Counted from the stretch's first letter, positions 46,295 through 56,147 are shown. The stretch: 64,000 bases of DNA from an uncultured Clostridia bacterium (GCA_947302045.1 CAMYUQ010000001.1:6035-70034); one strand, 5' to 3'. Numbers and translations are program-made. The notes: generated by a model not told the origin, from the sequence alone.

Positions 46295-48559
46295 TCATTC
46301 CTGAATCAAATTCTCCAAATCTCCGTAAACGACTTTCGCCCCGATCAATTTGTAGGGGGACGTTTCGTCTCCCGCCGAAAGAAAATCGTAGCAAATTTGC
46401 GCCTGTTCACTGCTTGTAAAATAATAGATAAAGATGCCGTTTTCTTTCATTGCAGAAACCGCACAGGGCATAGAATTTTCTTCCACGCCGAATTGCGTTT
46501 CGAACTCGCGCGTTGTTTCAACGGAAATATACACGATATATCCGTTGCTTTCCAGAAGCGCGCAGTCAACGAGAGCAGGCCCCCATTCTGTTTCGCCGGA
46601 GATACCGGAGTCATCATCGTCATCCCCTGTCGGATCATCCTCATCCTCGTGATAAGACGGAATGAACTCCTCGATCATCTTTGCGCCTTCCAGACGGTAG
46701 GAATCGCGGTTCCACCATGCTTCATAGCATTCACGCGCAACTTCCTCGGAGACGAAGCGGTAGATATTGATTATCGCGCCTTCATCATTCACCCCGCAAA
46801 TTGCCTCAACCACAGTCCCCTCAGGCATATCGAACATACGTGCCTGGCTGTCAAGCTCCGATTCGGGGCAAACCCAAACTTCATATCCCTGCTCGATCAG
46901 TGCGGCCTGATCCGGCGTTTGGGGCTCGGTCACCAGATTCCATTCCACTCCCCCGTCATCGTCCGGATCTTCATCCGGATCGTTCCCCCACGGGTCAAAC
47001 ATCCCTCCCAGGAAATCCAACATCCCTGCATACGGTGCCAGTCTGGTCTGAACGTCTTCCATGAAGGCATCCAGCTCGAATTCGCTCATGCCGAGAATAT
47101 TCACATATTCCTCCGGAGCTGCCGGCATATCATCTTTTTCCCGAACCGTCAGCAGAAAATCCGGGATGATCGACAGAACGGTTCCGTTCTGCTTGAATTC
47201 CGGGCGACCGAACATGAAAACTCCGTCGCCGATCTTGTAGAGAAATCCGATCTCATAAACGGTGGACCGCAGAATCCCGGTTTGCTCTACGCGGATCTGC
47301 ACGTTGCCTGTTTCCTTATCGTAGGTGAACGATCCGGAGAAATCGCCCAGCCCGGTAACGGCAAGACCGGTCGTGTTGAAGCGGATCGTTTTGATGTGCT
47401 CGGTTTTCTCGACCGAAACGTTCACGGTGACCGTCACCTGAACACCTACCTGAGGAGCAACTACTGCCGTCAAACGGCATCCGGAAAATTCCTCTTCAAA
47501 TCCGGCAAGTTCCAAAGAGAGCGCAATCGGCATTCCGTTCACTTCAAGCTCGGTATCCAGGCGGACAACGCTTCCCGTCGCATCGGTTGAAATGACGAGT
47601 TTGAATTCAAACGGCTCCGCATCCTTAATTTCATCTATGGCTTCGTTGATCTCCTGCTCAATCGAAAGCTCCGCATCCACGGGAAGATTCTCCGTGCCGT
47701 CAATCGCGCCCGGCAGCTCGACCGACATTACCGCGGAGATCATTTCATCCAACAGCGCGGAAAACTCCGGATTATCTTTGATTGCCTGGTAGAATGCATG
47801 GAGCATTTTTGCAACGCCTTCGTTATCGATACGCACCGCGATGCAGTATGCGTTGATCTCCCGATCCATCGAAGAAACCGTTTTCGCTTCAACCGAAATG
47901 TCGGCACCTCCCACAACGCTGCTGAGCAGAATACTGCCGATCTGCTCGGTCAACGCTTCCCGTTTCTGCAAAAGTTCCGGGATTTTGCCGAGGACGGCAG
48001 GGATCATGCTCGTATAAGCGTCCATCACCTGATTCATACTGCTGCCCTCGTCGGTGCCGGAGATCAGCGCGCCCAACACGTCGGCGAAATTCGTCAGATC
48101 AATGCCGTACGTGCCGCCGAGCAGCTCCTCACTGCCGATAACAATCCGGTCGGTGGGGTCGATGTAGGCATCTGCGCTGATGCTTTCCTCACCCATACCC
48201 GCATTCAGCTTCAAGGCATATTTTGTTCCCGTTTCCCAGATTTTTGCGCGCAGGGAGATCGGTTCGCTTTGCCCCGTGATCGATTCATTCAGGGTCGCTT
48301 CAAACTGTACGGATCCGGATTGCACAGCCGCATCCAATACCTTGGAGAGCTCGGCAACTTCTTCCCAGTTCTGAACCGATTCCCCGGTTTTGAGCAATGA
48401 TGCCGTCAGTTTCTGTTCCGGCGTCATATCGCGGTATATTTCTTCCGCGGTTGGCTCCTTTTGCTCATTTTCGCGGTTCTTTTTGCAGGACGTCAGCGCG
48501 GACATGGCAAACAGAACGGCCATGCATAAAACGAATGCAAAAATGCGTTTCATTTTCAT
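46295..48559 (-). CDS. Large putative lipoprotein of unknown function (754 aa) with duplicated C-terminal domain and poly-acidic linkers
   Basis: Start at ATG 48557-48559 after AAGGAG. MKMKRIFAFVLCMAVLFAMSALTSC is a lipobox signal peptide. Linkers are DPDEDPDDDGG and EDEDDPTGDDDDDSG, each followed by a ~95-aa related domain. The longer ORF start at 48649 lies inside the promoter. Confidence 0.75.
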   Translation of the reverse strand: MKMKRIFAFVLCMAVLFAMSALTSCKKNRENEQKEPTAEEIYRDMTPEQKLTASLLKTGESVQNWEEVAELSKVLDAAVQSGSVQFEATLNESITGQSEPISLRAKIWETGTKYALKLNAGMGEESISADAYIDPTDRIVIGSEELLGGTYGIDLTNFADVLGALISGTDEGSSMNQVMDAYTSMIPAVLGKIPELLQKREALTEQIGSILLSSVVGGADISVEAKTVSSMDREINAYCIAVRIDNEGVAKMLHAFYQAIKDNPEFSALLDEMISAVMSVELPGAIDGTENLPVDAELSIEQEINEAIDEIKDAEPFEFKLVISTDATGSVVRLDTELEVNGMPIALSLELAGFEEEFSGCRLTAVVAPQVGVQVTVTVNVSVEKTEHIKTIRFNTTGLAVTGLGDFSGSFTYDKETGNVQIRVEQTGILRSTVYEIGFLYKIGDGVFMFGRPEFKQNGTVLSIIPDFLLTVREKDDMPAAPEEYVNILGMSEFELDAFMEDVQTRLAPYAGMLDFLGGMFDPWGNDPDEDPDDDGGVEWNLVTEPQTPDQAALIEQGYEVWVCPESELDSQARMFDMPEGTVVEAICGVNDEGAIINIYRFVSEEVARECYEAWWNRDSYRLEGAKMIEEFIPSYHEDEDDPTGDDDDDSGISGETEWGPALVDCALLESNGYIVYISVETTREFETQFGVEENSMPCAVSAMKENGIFIYYFTSSEQAQICYDFLSAGDETSPYKLIGAKVVYGDLENLIQE

Positions 48560-48620
48560 TGTTTTGTTCTCCTTTTTTATAAAAAATGGATTCGCAAGAA
48601 AAATGTTTTTTCTCATGGAA

Positions 48621-48649
48621 AGTATAGCATATTTCTTCTTGTTTGTCAA
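48621..48649 (-). promoter_or_regulatory. Promoter of the lipoprotein gene
   Basis: Minus strand reads TTGACA (48649-48644), 17-nt spacer, TATACT (48626-48621). Confidence 0.7.
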
Positions 48650-48698
48650 GTGTTAAAAATTGCTTTCCCGAAAACGGACTATGATCTGACAACATTTG

Positions 48699-48746
48699 AA
48701 AAAGCGGACAACGATTCCACCCACCCGAATCGACTGTCCGCTTTTT
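48699..48746 (-). terminator. Terminator after the glycosyltransferase operon
   Basis: Minus strand: AAAAAGCGGACA..TGTCCGCTTTTT with a long internal loop. Confidence 0.7.
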
Positions 48747-50747
48747 TTATGACTTTTGTTTTTTCTTTTTTTTGTATTTCGGGGTAATTCCCTCCGCCTC
48801 GTAATCCGGTTCAATATAGGGCTTTCCGGTTATACGGCAGAGAAACTTTTTCATATTCTCCCGACGTCTTGTTCCCTTGGGAAGCAACCTGCCGAACTTC
48901 CCCGCCCCCGGTCTGTATGCCCACCGGATCTTTCTTGCAAGCGGGTAAAGGAACTTCGGGCAGTGCCTTTTGAGAAACTGCACGAACCGCTTTTTTCTTC
49001 CGGTCGTCTGCCCCAAGGAAGAGCCGACCGCACCGCACATCGTTGCAAGCAGTTTTTCATAGAAAGGCGTTTCTTTCGCGACCTCCCAGAAATAGGGGGA
49101 AAGATCGCAATCCGGGTCATTCCACGGCTTCCGGTAACCTGCGTAATGCACGATCCACGGATTCTTCCGTGCTTCGTGGTAACTTCTCCTTATCGCATCC
49201 GGCGACGCCTCCACGAGAACCGGAACGCGGATCCTGTCGCAATCAATCAGGAGATTCCAACGCATATCCATCGTGTAGTCATGTTCATAACAATACCGGT
49301 TCAGAATATCCTGATCTCCGTACCGATAGTACCCGGAAGAAGCAAACGTCAACCACTCGTCAACCGTATGCGCCGCCAGCATAGCCCGCGTATTCAACAG
49401 CAGGACTCCCGCCTGAAAATAGCGATACGGGTTCGGCATTTTCAGGTTTTCTTTCACGTATTTGCAAGCGTCTTCGTGCAGAGTGATCTGCCCCTGCATA
49501 TCCGGATCCGGCACCGCGCCGATCCAGCAGTCTCCCAGATCGGTCTCATAAAGCTCGGCTACGTCGCGGCGGCAAATCAGGTCGCTGTCCAGATACAGAA
49601 CCTTGTCGTAGTCCGGCAGAATTTCCGGGATCAGGAAACGGTAGTAGGTTTCCACGCTGATGTGTTCCTGCGCCCGCAATTTGTATTTTCCTACGATGAA
49701 CGCTGTGTTCAGGAACCGGATGCTCACCTGCGGAAGATCCTTGCGCATGGATTGGATCCACCGCTGATTTTCCCGGTCAATATCACTGTGCAAAACGACA
49801 ATATCGTAATACTTTTCCGGATCCGCATGATCCAGAACAGAACGGATCGCCACGGCGCAAACCGGCGCGAAGGAATTGTTCGCCGCCAGAACAACCGGAA
49901 TTGTCTCTTTCCCGGGGAACGCCGCCGGCAGAACCGTTTGCAACCGTTCGGGATTGCGGAACAGCATGGTTTGCAACTCCTGAACTTTCAGGTTCGGATT
50001 CCGCTTTCTCTGGTAGGCGAGGAATATGCCAAACAGCCGCTCCGCCAAATGCCCCGGCGTCCGCAAACTTTGTCTGGAATAATAGGTCATATCGAGGTTC
50101 GGCTCCAAAGCTTTGAGAATGGTAAACAACCATTCGCAGTAGGAGAAAAAGAGTTCCCGCTTCATAACAAACAGCTGGCAGAAATACCCTTGTTTGCCCG
50201 CAAAATATTCTTTCGCCGTTTCCAGATAATCCGGGTAACACGCCTCGATCGCCTCCATGAGCCGGTCGACGTCCTTTTCATAAAGCAGAGGCGCTTTGGC
50301 GTAGTGATCCCGAATAGACGAATAACGCTCCGGGAAGGCGCCCACGTTTACCGGCTTGCAGGTTACGATGTCGTATCCCTCGATCCTTTTTTCGATCTGC
50401 TCTTTGCAAAGACCGTAATCCCGAATCGCTTCATCATCGATGGCCCCCGCAAGAACGTTGCCGTAAAAATCCGTTCGGTAGGTCTTTTCGGAGAAAGAAA
50501 GGAATCTTCTGTAATGGCAAAGTCCGTAATAATCCGCCTGACAGTTCTTCCATGCCCAATATTGCAGGGTAAGCTCGCAGTAGGAAGGATTCTTTTCGGA
50601 AATATTATCCCCGGTATCATCGCCTTGCAAATCTGTCAGGGGATTCCGATCGAAAACGGCTCCACTCCGAACCGGAACAAAAACCGGATCCGGCGGACAG
50701 TTTGCCGCAAGATCGATTCGATGGGATACGAAAATCTTAATATCCAT
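48747..50747 (-). CDS. Bifunctional putative glycosyltransferase: N-terminal DUF4422 domain + C-terminal family 8 glycosyltransferase
   Basis: 666 aa. N-terminal MDIKIFVSHRID..YCELTLQYWAWKN..GLCHYRRF (DUF4422-like). C-terminal IPVVLAANNSFAPVCAVAIRSV..VLYLDSDLICRRDV (GT8 DxD). Confidence 0.8.
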   Translation of the reverse strand: MDIKIFVSHRIDLAANCPPDPVFVPVRSGAVFDRNPLTDLQGDDTGDNISEKNPSYCELTLQYWAWKNCQADYYGLCHYRRFLSFSEKTYRTDFYGNVLAGAIDDEAIRDYGLCKEQIEKRIEGYDIVTCKPVNVGAFPERYSSIRDHYAKAPLLYEKDVDRLMEAIEACYPDYLETAKEYFAGKQGYFCQLFVMKRELFFSYCEWLFTILKALEPNLDMTYYSRQSLRTPGHLAERLFGIFLAYQRKRNPNLKVQELQTMLFRNPERLQTVLPAAFPGKETIPVVLAANNSFAPVCAVAIRSVLDHADPEKYYDIVVLHSDIDRENQRWIQSMRKDLPQVSIRFLNTAFIVGKYKLRAQEHISVETYYRFLIPEILPDYDKVLYLDSDLICRRDVAELYETDLGDCWIGAVPDPDMQGQITLHEDACKYVKENLKMPNPYRYFQAGVLLLNTRAMLAAHTVDEWLTFASSGYYRYGDQDILNRYCYEHDYTMDMRWNLLIDCDRIRVPVLVEASPDAIRRSYHEARKNPWIVHYAGYRKPWNDPDCDLSPYFWEVAKETPFYEKLLATMCGAVGSSLGQTTGRKKRFVQFLKRHCPKFLYPLARKIRWAYRPGAGKFGRLLPKGTRRRENMKKFLCRITGKPYIEPDYEAEGITPKYKKKKKQKS

Positions 50748-50790
50748 CTCAAAAGCTCCTTCTCTTCATGAGTTTATCTTTCGTCAAATA

Positions 50791-51651
50791 TCAAGGTCCT
50801 ACGCTCTCGGTCTGATGCAAAATGCGATCCGCTTTTTTCTTCCACCGCAGTCGGTTGACTGCTCCCCGCAGCCGACTTCCCGGTGGCAACAGAAAATTGA
50901 GATACCGCTTTGCCGCCGTATGGTGACCTGCGTCGTCGTAGCAGGTAAAATGCAGGCGCGGCACCGTTTTCACCGCAAGTCCGCTCTGCATCGCCCACGT
51001 CAGATAGATCCCGAACAATCGCTCCGCAAGATACCCTTCGGTGCGCGGTTTGGCATCCGGCCTCTCCGCCCGGAACTGTTTCAAAAGCGGAAACAGCCAT
51101 GCGCAGTAGTCGCAAAAGATCTCTTTGCGCGCAAGGAACATATTCCCGTAATACTCTTCTTTCCCGTTCAGATAGGCGTCCGCCGCCGCACGGTACGCCG
51201 GCTGTGTTTTACATAAGATCCGGTAAACCGTTTGCAGATCCCGGATATCCTGCATCGGAAAGATCGCATATCGTTGCCAGACCGTCAGCCCGGTATATTC
51301 CGGCAGAGGCGCTACGATATCGGTATTCTGCAAAAGAGGCAGCAACGTTTTTGCCTCATAGAGCGAGGGATCCGGTTCTTTTTCGATCCGGTACGGTCGC
51401 CTCCCCTTTCTGGGAACCGGATCAAGATACCGCCGGTAGTGGAAAAAGCCGACCACATCCGGAAGCGTTGCATTTTTCCAAACCCAGTAATGCGCGCGCA
51501 GTTCTGAATAATTCTGCTCGTCCGCGATCTGAATACCGTCTGTACGACCCGCGTCAATAGGATGCAGAACGTCGGTTTCGGGGAGTGGGAGCGGTTTGTG
51601 ATACACCGTATAGATTGCGACCGAAGCAACCTGACGCGCAGTTTTCCTCAT
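50791..51651 (-). CDS. DUF4422-domain putative glycosyltransferase
   Basis: Start ATG 51649-51651 overlaps the glf stop (ATGA). ..IYTVYHKPLPLP..YSELRAHYWVWKN..GFFHYRRYL... Confidence 0.78.
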   Translation of the reverse strand: MRKTARQVASVAIYTVYHKPLPLPETDVLHPIDAGRTDGIQIADEQNYSELRAHYWVWKNATLPDVVGFFHYRRYLDPVPRKGRRPYRIEKEPDPSLYEAKTLLPLLQNTDIVAPLPEYTGLTVWQRYAIFPMQDIRDLQTVYRILCKTQPAYRAAADAYLNGKEEYYGNMFLARKEIFCDYCAWLFPLLKQFRAERPDAKPRTEGYLAERLFGIYLTWAMQSGLAVKTVPRLHFTCYDDAGHHTAAKRYLNFLLPPGSRLRGAVNRLRWKKKADRILHQTESVGP

Positions 51652-52745
51652 CGGAATTCCTCCGCACAAACGTCCAGTGCCGCACGGATCACTTTGTCCA
51701 TATCGAAATACCGGTACATCCCGAGCCGTCCGCCGAACAGAACGTCTTTGCGGGTTTGCGCCAAAGCCCGGTACTTTTCGTATAGCGCGTTGTTCTTTTC
51801 ATTGTTCACCGGGTAATACGGTTCAACGCCCGGTTTCCACTCTGCCGGATATTCCCGCGAAATAACCGTTTTTTCCTGCGTACCGAAGGTAAAATGCTTA
51901 TGTTCGATGATCCGCGTATAGGGGATTTCCCGCTCGGTATAGTTCACAACGGCATTTCCCTGATGATTTTCTTCCTCCAAAACTTCTGTTTCAAACCGTA
52001 CCGACCGGTATTCCAAAGGACCGTAACAAAAATCGAAGAATGCGTCTATCATACCGGTATAAACCGTTTTACGTGCGATCTGCGGCTGATTTTTCACCAG
52101 ATCGGCATAATCGGTATTGAGCCGCACTTCCGAACCCTCCAACAGTTTTTCCACCAGCTTGGTATATCCCTCAACCGGAATCCCCTGATACCGGTCGTTG
52201 AAATAGTTGTTATCATAGCGGAAGCGGAGCGGCAGACGTTTGATGATAAACGCAGGCAAATCTTTGCAGTCTCTTCCCCACTGTTTTTCGGTATATCCCC
52301 GGATCAACTTTTCGTAAACGTCCCGCCCGACCAGTTTCAGCGCCTGTTCTTCCAGATTTTTCGGCTCTCCGATGTTCAGCTCGCGGATCTGCGCCTCGAT
52401 GATCGCTTTTGCCTCGGCAGGCGTGCGGATCCCCCACATTTTGCTGAACGTATTCATATTGAACGGAAGATTATAAAGCTCGTCCCGATAAACCGCGACC
52501 GGCGCGTTCACATAGTTGTTGAATTCCGCGAACCGGTTGACATATTCCCACACTTCGCGGTCGGACGTATGAAAAATATGCGCTCCGTAAACATGAACCG
52601 CAATTCCTTCAATCTCTTTGGTATAGATATTCCCCGCAACGTGGTCGCGCCTGTCAATCACCAAACAGGTTTTTCCTCTTTGCGTCGCTTCTCTTGCGAA
52701 AACGGCTCCGAACAATCCGGCTCCGACAATCAGATAGTCATACAT
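51648..52745 (-). CDS. glf: UDP-galactopyranose mutase
   Basis: 365 aa. MYDYLIVGAGLFGAVFARE..GNIYT..HIFHTS..GRLGMYRYFDMD... Confidence 0.93.
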   Translation of the reverse strand: MYDYLIVGAGLFGAVFAREATQRGKTCLVIDRRDHVAGNIYTKEIEGIAVHVYGAHIFHTSDREVWEYVNRFAEFNNYVNAPVAVYRDELYNLPFNMNTFSKMWGIRTPAEAKAIIEAQIRELNIGEPKNLEEQALKLVGRDVYEKLIRGYTEKQWGRDCKDLPAFIIKRLPLRFRYDNNYFNDRYQGIPVEGYTKLVEKLLEGSEVRLNTDYADLVKNQPQIARKTVYTGMIDAFFDFCYGPLEYRSVRFETEVLEEENHQGNAVVNYTEREIPYTRIIEHKHFTFGTQEKTVISREYPAEWKPGVEPYYPVNNEKNNALYEKYRALAQTRKDVLFGGRLGMYRYFDMDKVIRAALDVCAEEFR

Positions 52746-52774
52746 CCGGGATCCCTCCGCATTTCAGTTTCCCC

Positions 52775-52803
52775 ATTATACCATATTTTTCTATGTTTGT
52801 CAA
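52775..52803 (-). promoter_or_regulatory. sigma-A promoter for the glf operon (perfect consensus)
   Basis: Minus strand reads TTGACA (52803-52798), 17-nt spacer ending TGG, TATAAT (52780-52775). Confidence 0.78.
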
Positions 52804-52883
52804 TGAATAATGCACCGGAAAGTCAAATCTGCGCAAAGAAAAAACGCGCGATCCACATTTTTCAAACTTTTTTCAAAAAACAC

Positions 52884-52912
52884 TTGACAAAACCCGCTAT
52901 CTTTGGTATAAT
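52884..52912 (+). promoter_or_regulatory. sigma-A promoter for tRNA-Thr (perfect consensus)
   Basis: TTGACA 52884-52889, 17-nt spacer ending TGG, TATAAT 52907-52912. Confidence 0.8.
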
Positions 52913-52934
52913 AGCAAGGTCAGAATGACGGAAC

Positions 52935-53010
52935 GCTGGTATGGCTCAGTCGGTAGAGCACGTCATTGGTAATGACGAGGTCATCAGTTCGATTCTGATT
53001 ACCAGCTCCA
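52935..53010 (+). tRNA. tRNA-Thr (anticodon GGT)
   Basis: 76 nt: GCTGGTATGGCTCAGTCGGTAGAGCACGTCATTGGTAATGACGAGGTCATCAGTTCGATTCTGATTACCAGCTCCA. Acceptor GCTGGTA/TACCAGC. Confidence 0.9.
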
Positions 53011-53011
53011 C

Positions 53012-53046
53012 AAAAAACGGTTGCAAACGCAACCGTTTTTTGTTTT
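53012..53046 (+). terminator. Intrinsic terminator after tRNA-Thr
   Basis: AAAAAACGGTTGC-AAAC-GCAACCGTTTTTT + GTTTT. Confidence 0.85.
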
Positions 53047-53104
53047 GTAAAAGCGACGCGGCGGAAACATTCCCGAACAGAGGAATTTCCCGCCGCGCCG
53101 TCGC

Positions 53105-54682
53105 TTACGGTTCTGTCGGCGGTTGCTGTTCGCCGATGGCTTGCGCTACACGCCTGAAATTCTGTTGGATCGTCTTGACCGAATAAAGATGGTTGCGCTT
53201 TTTGAGGATCCGGATCATATTGCGGATCTCATCGCGCAATTCAGCTTTCCGCTCTGCGCTCGTCGTCGGCATCGACCACTCGGCAAACAGAAGCGACAGC
53301 TCCAATTCTCCGTGGTAGATGATCTGCGTTGATTCGGGCACGCGCCAACGTTTGATTTTGCGTCCGCGCAGGAAAGTCCCCTCCGGAATGACAAGTACTT
53401 CCAGTTTTTCGCACCCCGAAAAGACGCCCTTCCCGATCTGCGCGTTCCGCTCCGGCAAAATAACCGTTTCAAGCTCACGGCAATCGGCAAACGCACGGGT
53501 TCCGATCCGATTCAACCGGAACGGCAAACTGATAGACCGCAACGCGCATTTCCGGAACGCGTCATCCCCGATCTCCCGGAGCCCACGCGGTAAATAAACC
53601 GAAGAAAGAGCTTTGCATCCCGAAAAAGCATCTTCACCGATCTCAACCGTCTCCGCCGGCAAAACGATCTCTTTCAGCTCGGCACAGTATTGAAACGCGC
53701 CGTCCGGGATCGCCGTCAGTCCGGCGTTGAGCTTTACCGTGGAAAGGAGATCGCAATATGCAAACGCTTCGTTTCCGACCCGTTCGACCCGATCGGGCAG
53801 GTTCACGCACTGTAACTTTCTGCACCCGAAAAAGGTACGGATCCCGATTTCTTTGAGCGATTGCGGCAGTCGGATCTCCGAGAGAGACTGACAGTCGCAG
53901 AACGCATAGTTCCCGATAAAGGCGATCTGATCCGAAAACTCGGCCTCTTCCAACGCCCGGCAACAGGAGAACGCGTAGTTTGCGACAAATTTCACCCCCA
54001 CCGGAAAACGGATCTTCCGCAACCCCGCGCACCGACTGAACGCGCCGATCCCCAGATAAACGGTTTCATCCGGTATTGCGACCTCGATCAAAGAGGTGCA
54101 ATTTGCGAAAGCATAATCTCCGATGGTTTGCAAAAGCTCCGGAATATGGACCTTGTTCAGAGCTCTGCAATCGAAGAAGGTACCGGGGCGGATCGCCGTC
54201 AGCTTTTTGGGCAGAACCAGCTCTTCCAAAGCGGAGCATTCGGCAAACGCATATTCCCCCAGCATCTGCAATTCAGCGGGTAGATTGATTTTTTTGAGCG
54301 CTTTGCATCCGCGGAACGCTCCGTTTCCGAGAAAATAAAGGGTTCGCGGCAAACTGACCCGGGAAAGCGAACTGCAATTTGCAAACGCTTCGTCTCCGAT
54401 CGTCCGCAAGCCGGAGGGGAGACTGATCTGTTTGAGTCCCTGGCATTCTCGGAACGCGCCGCGATGAATTGCCGTGACGCGCGGTCCGAGCACGATCTCG
54501 GTCAGCCGTTTACACTTTGCAAACGCTTCTGTCGCAATGATGCTGACGTCTTCCGGCACGGTAAACACCGTCTCATCTCCGTAGTAGCGGATCAGTTCTC
54601 CGTTATGGATCTCGCATACGCGCGACAATGCCCGATTCTTTTCTTTGTCGGCACTGATATTCCGGCGCAAAACGCTTTTCAT
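53105..54682 (-). CDS. BspA-type leucine-rich-repeat protein without recognisable signal peptide
   Basis: 525 aa. About 15 tandem ~23-aa repeats of the form I.LP..L..IG..AF..C..L, then a C-terminal ~90-aa non-repeat tail. SD AAAGGAGGA. Confidence 0.8.
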   Translation of the reverse strand: MKSVLRRNISADKEKNRALSRVCEIHNGELIRYYGDETVFTVPEDVSIIATEAFAKCKRLTEIVLGPRVTAIHRGAFRECQGLKQISLPSGLRTIGDEAFANCSSLSRVSLPRTLYFLGNGAFRGCKALKKINLPAELQMLGEYAFAECSALEELVLPKKLTAIRPGTFFDCRALNKVHIPELLQTIGDYAFANCTSLIEVAIPDETVYLGIGAFSRCAGLRKIRFPVGVKFVANYAFSCCRALEEAEFSDQIAFIGNYAFCDCQSLSEIRLPQSLKEIGIRTFFGCRKLQCVNLPDRVERVGNEAFAYCDLLSTVKLNAGLTAIPDGAFQYCAELKEIVLPAETVEIGEDAFSGCKALSSVYLPRGLREIGDDAFRKCALRSISLPFRLNRIGTRAFADCRELETVILPERNAQIGKGVFSGCEKLEVLVIPEGTFLRGRKIKRWRVPESTQIIYHGELELSLLFAEWSMPTTSAERKAELRDEIRNMIRILKKRNHLYSVKTIQQNFRRVAQAIGEQQPPTEP

Positions 54683-54725
54683 GGGGGTGCGTCCTCCTTT
54701 CCCGCGGATTTATCGATCGTAAGGT

Positions 54726-56147
54726 TTATTCTTCGGCTTCTTCTTTTTTCTTATCCGTTTTCTTTTCGATTTTCTTGACCGCCGCCGCTCCTGCCGCTCC
54801 GGTCAGGATGGCATTGAGGTCAATTCCGGTGCTCTCCCGAACGCCTTCCATGATCTGGCTTGCGCTGTTCATCACGTCCTTGACCATCCGGGTTGAATTT
54901 CCGTCTCCGTACATCACGATCCGGTCGGTTTGCGCCAACGGAGCCGCGGCATTCTTCACTACTTCGGGCAGAGCGTTGAGATACATTTCCAGAACCGACG
55001 CCTCTCCCATCTTTTTCTGTGCTTCGGCTTTCTTTTCGATCGCTTCCGCCTCGGCGAGACCTTTGGCGCGGATACCTGCCGCCTCCTGCTCCATCGCATA
55101 GCGCAACGCTTCCGCTTCTGCCTTTTTCGCCTCCGCCTGCTGCATAATCCGGTATTTTTCCGCCTCTGCCAGCTTCTGGCTCTTGATCAGCTCTGCCTCT
55201 GCGTTCTTTTCCGCCTGATATTTGAGAGCATCCGACTGTTTCCGGATCTCGGCGTCCAGCTGTTTCTCTTTGAGCGCGATCGCCTTTTCCGCCAGCTCAG
55301 CTTCTTTTTCCTTGCGGGCAATATCTGCGTTCGCCTTCGTGATCTCAATGGTCTTTCTCTGGTTTTCCTGCTGGATCGAATAAGCCGCGTCCGCTTCTGC
55401 GCGCTTGGTTTCGGAACGCACCTTCATATCCGCCTGCTGAACCGCCAGTTCGGCATTCTGCTCCGCGATCTTCTTCTCCGCCTCAACCTTGACTGCATTT
55501 GCCTCCTGCTGTGCGTTGGCAGTTGCGATCGAAATGTCCCTTTGCGCGTTCGCTTTTGCGATCTGGGCATTCTTGCGGATCTGCTCGACGTTGTCGATAC
55601 CCATATTTTCGATCGTCCCAGCCGCGTCCTTGAAATTCTGAATATTGAAGTTTACCACCTCAATACCCAGTTTTTCCATATCCGGCACAACGTTTTCGGT
55701 GATCTTTTTCGCAACGCCCTGCCGATCCTGCACCATCTCTTTGAGCCCGACAGAGCCGACGATCTCGCGCATATTTCCTTCCAGCACCTGCGTGACGAGA
55801 TTGATCAGCTCCTGCTGACGCATATTGAGCAATGCCTCGGACGCTCTTTGGAGCAACTGCGGATTGGAAGAAATTTTGATGTTTGCAACGCCGTCCACCG
55901 TTACGTTGATAAACTCGTTGGTCGGAACCGCCTCGCTGGTTTTAACGTCCACCTGCATCACGCGCAGGGAAAGTCGGTCGACCCGGGTAATGAAAGGCAT
56001 TCTCCAACCCGCTTTACCGATCAGGATCTTTTTCTTTCCCAGACCGGAAATGATATAGGCGGTGTCCGGCGGTGCTTTCAAATACCCCATAAAGAACATC
56101 AACACTGCAAAAGCCGCTACTCCCAAACCAATTAACACACCTGTCAT
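54726..56147 (-). CDS. Flotillin-family (SPFH/band 7) protein
   Basis: 473 aa. N-terminal TM helix, an SPFH domain, a long Ala/Glu/Lys coiled-coil (AEAEK, AEAKKAEAEA) and a C-terminal flotillin tail. Confidence 0.88.
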   Translation of the reverse strand: MTGVLIGLGVAAFAVLMFFMGYLKAPPDTAYIISGLGKKKILIGKAGWRMPFITRVDRLSLRVMQVDVKTSEAVPTNEFINVTVDGVANIKISSNPQLLQRASEALLNMRQQELINLVTQVLEGNMREIVGSVGLKEMVQDRQGVAKKITENVVPDMEKLGIEVVNFNIQNFKDAAGTIENMGIDNVEQIRKNAQIAKANAQRDISIATANAQQEANAVKVEAEKKIAEQNAELAVQQADMKVRSETKRAEADAAYSIQQENQRKTIEITKANADIARKEKEAELAEKAIALKEKQLDAEIRKQSDALKYQAEKNAEAELIKSQKLAEAEKYRIMQQAEAKKAEAEALRYAMEQEAAGIRAKGLAEAEAIEKKAEAQKKMGEASVLEMYLNALPEVVKNAAAPLAQTDRIVMYGDGNSTRMVKDVMNSASQIMEGVRESTGIDLNAILTGAAGAAAVKKIEKKTDKKKEEAEE

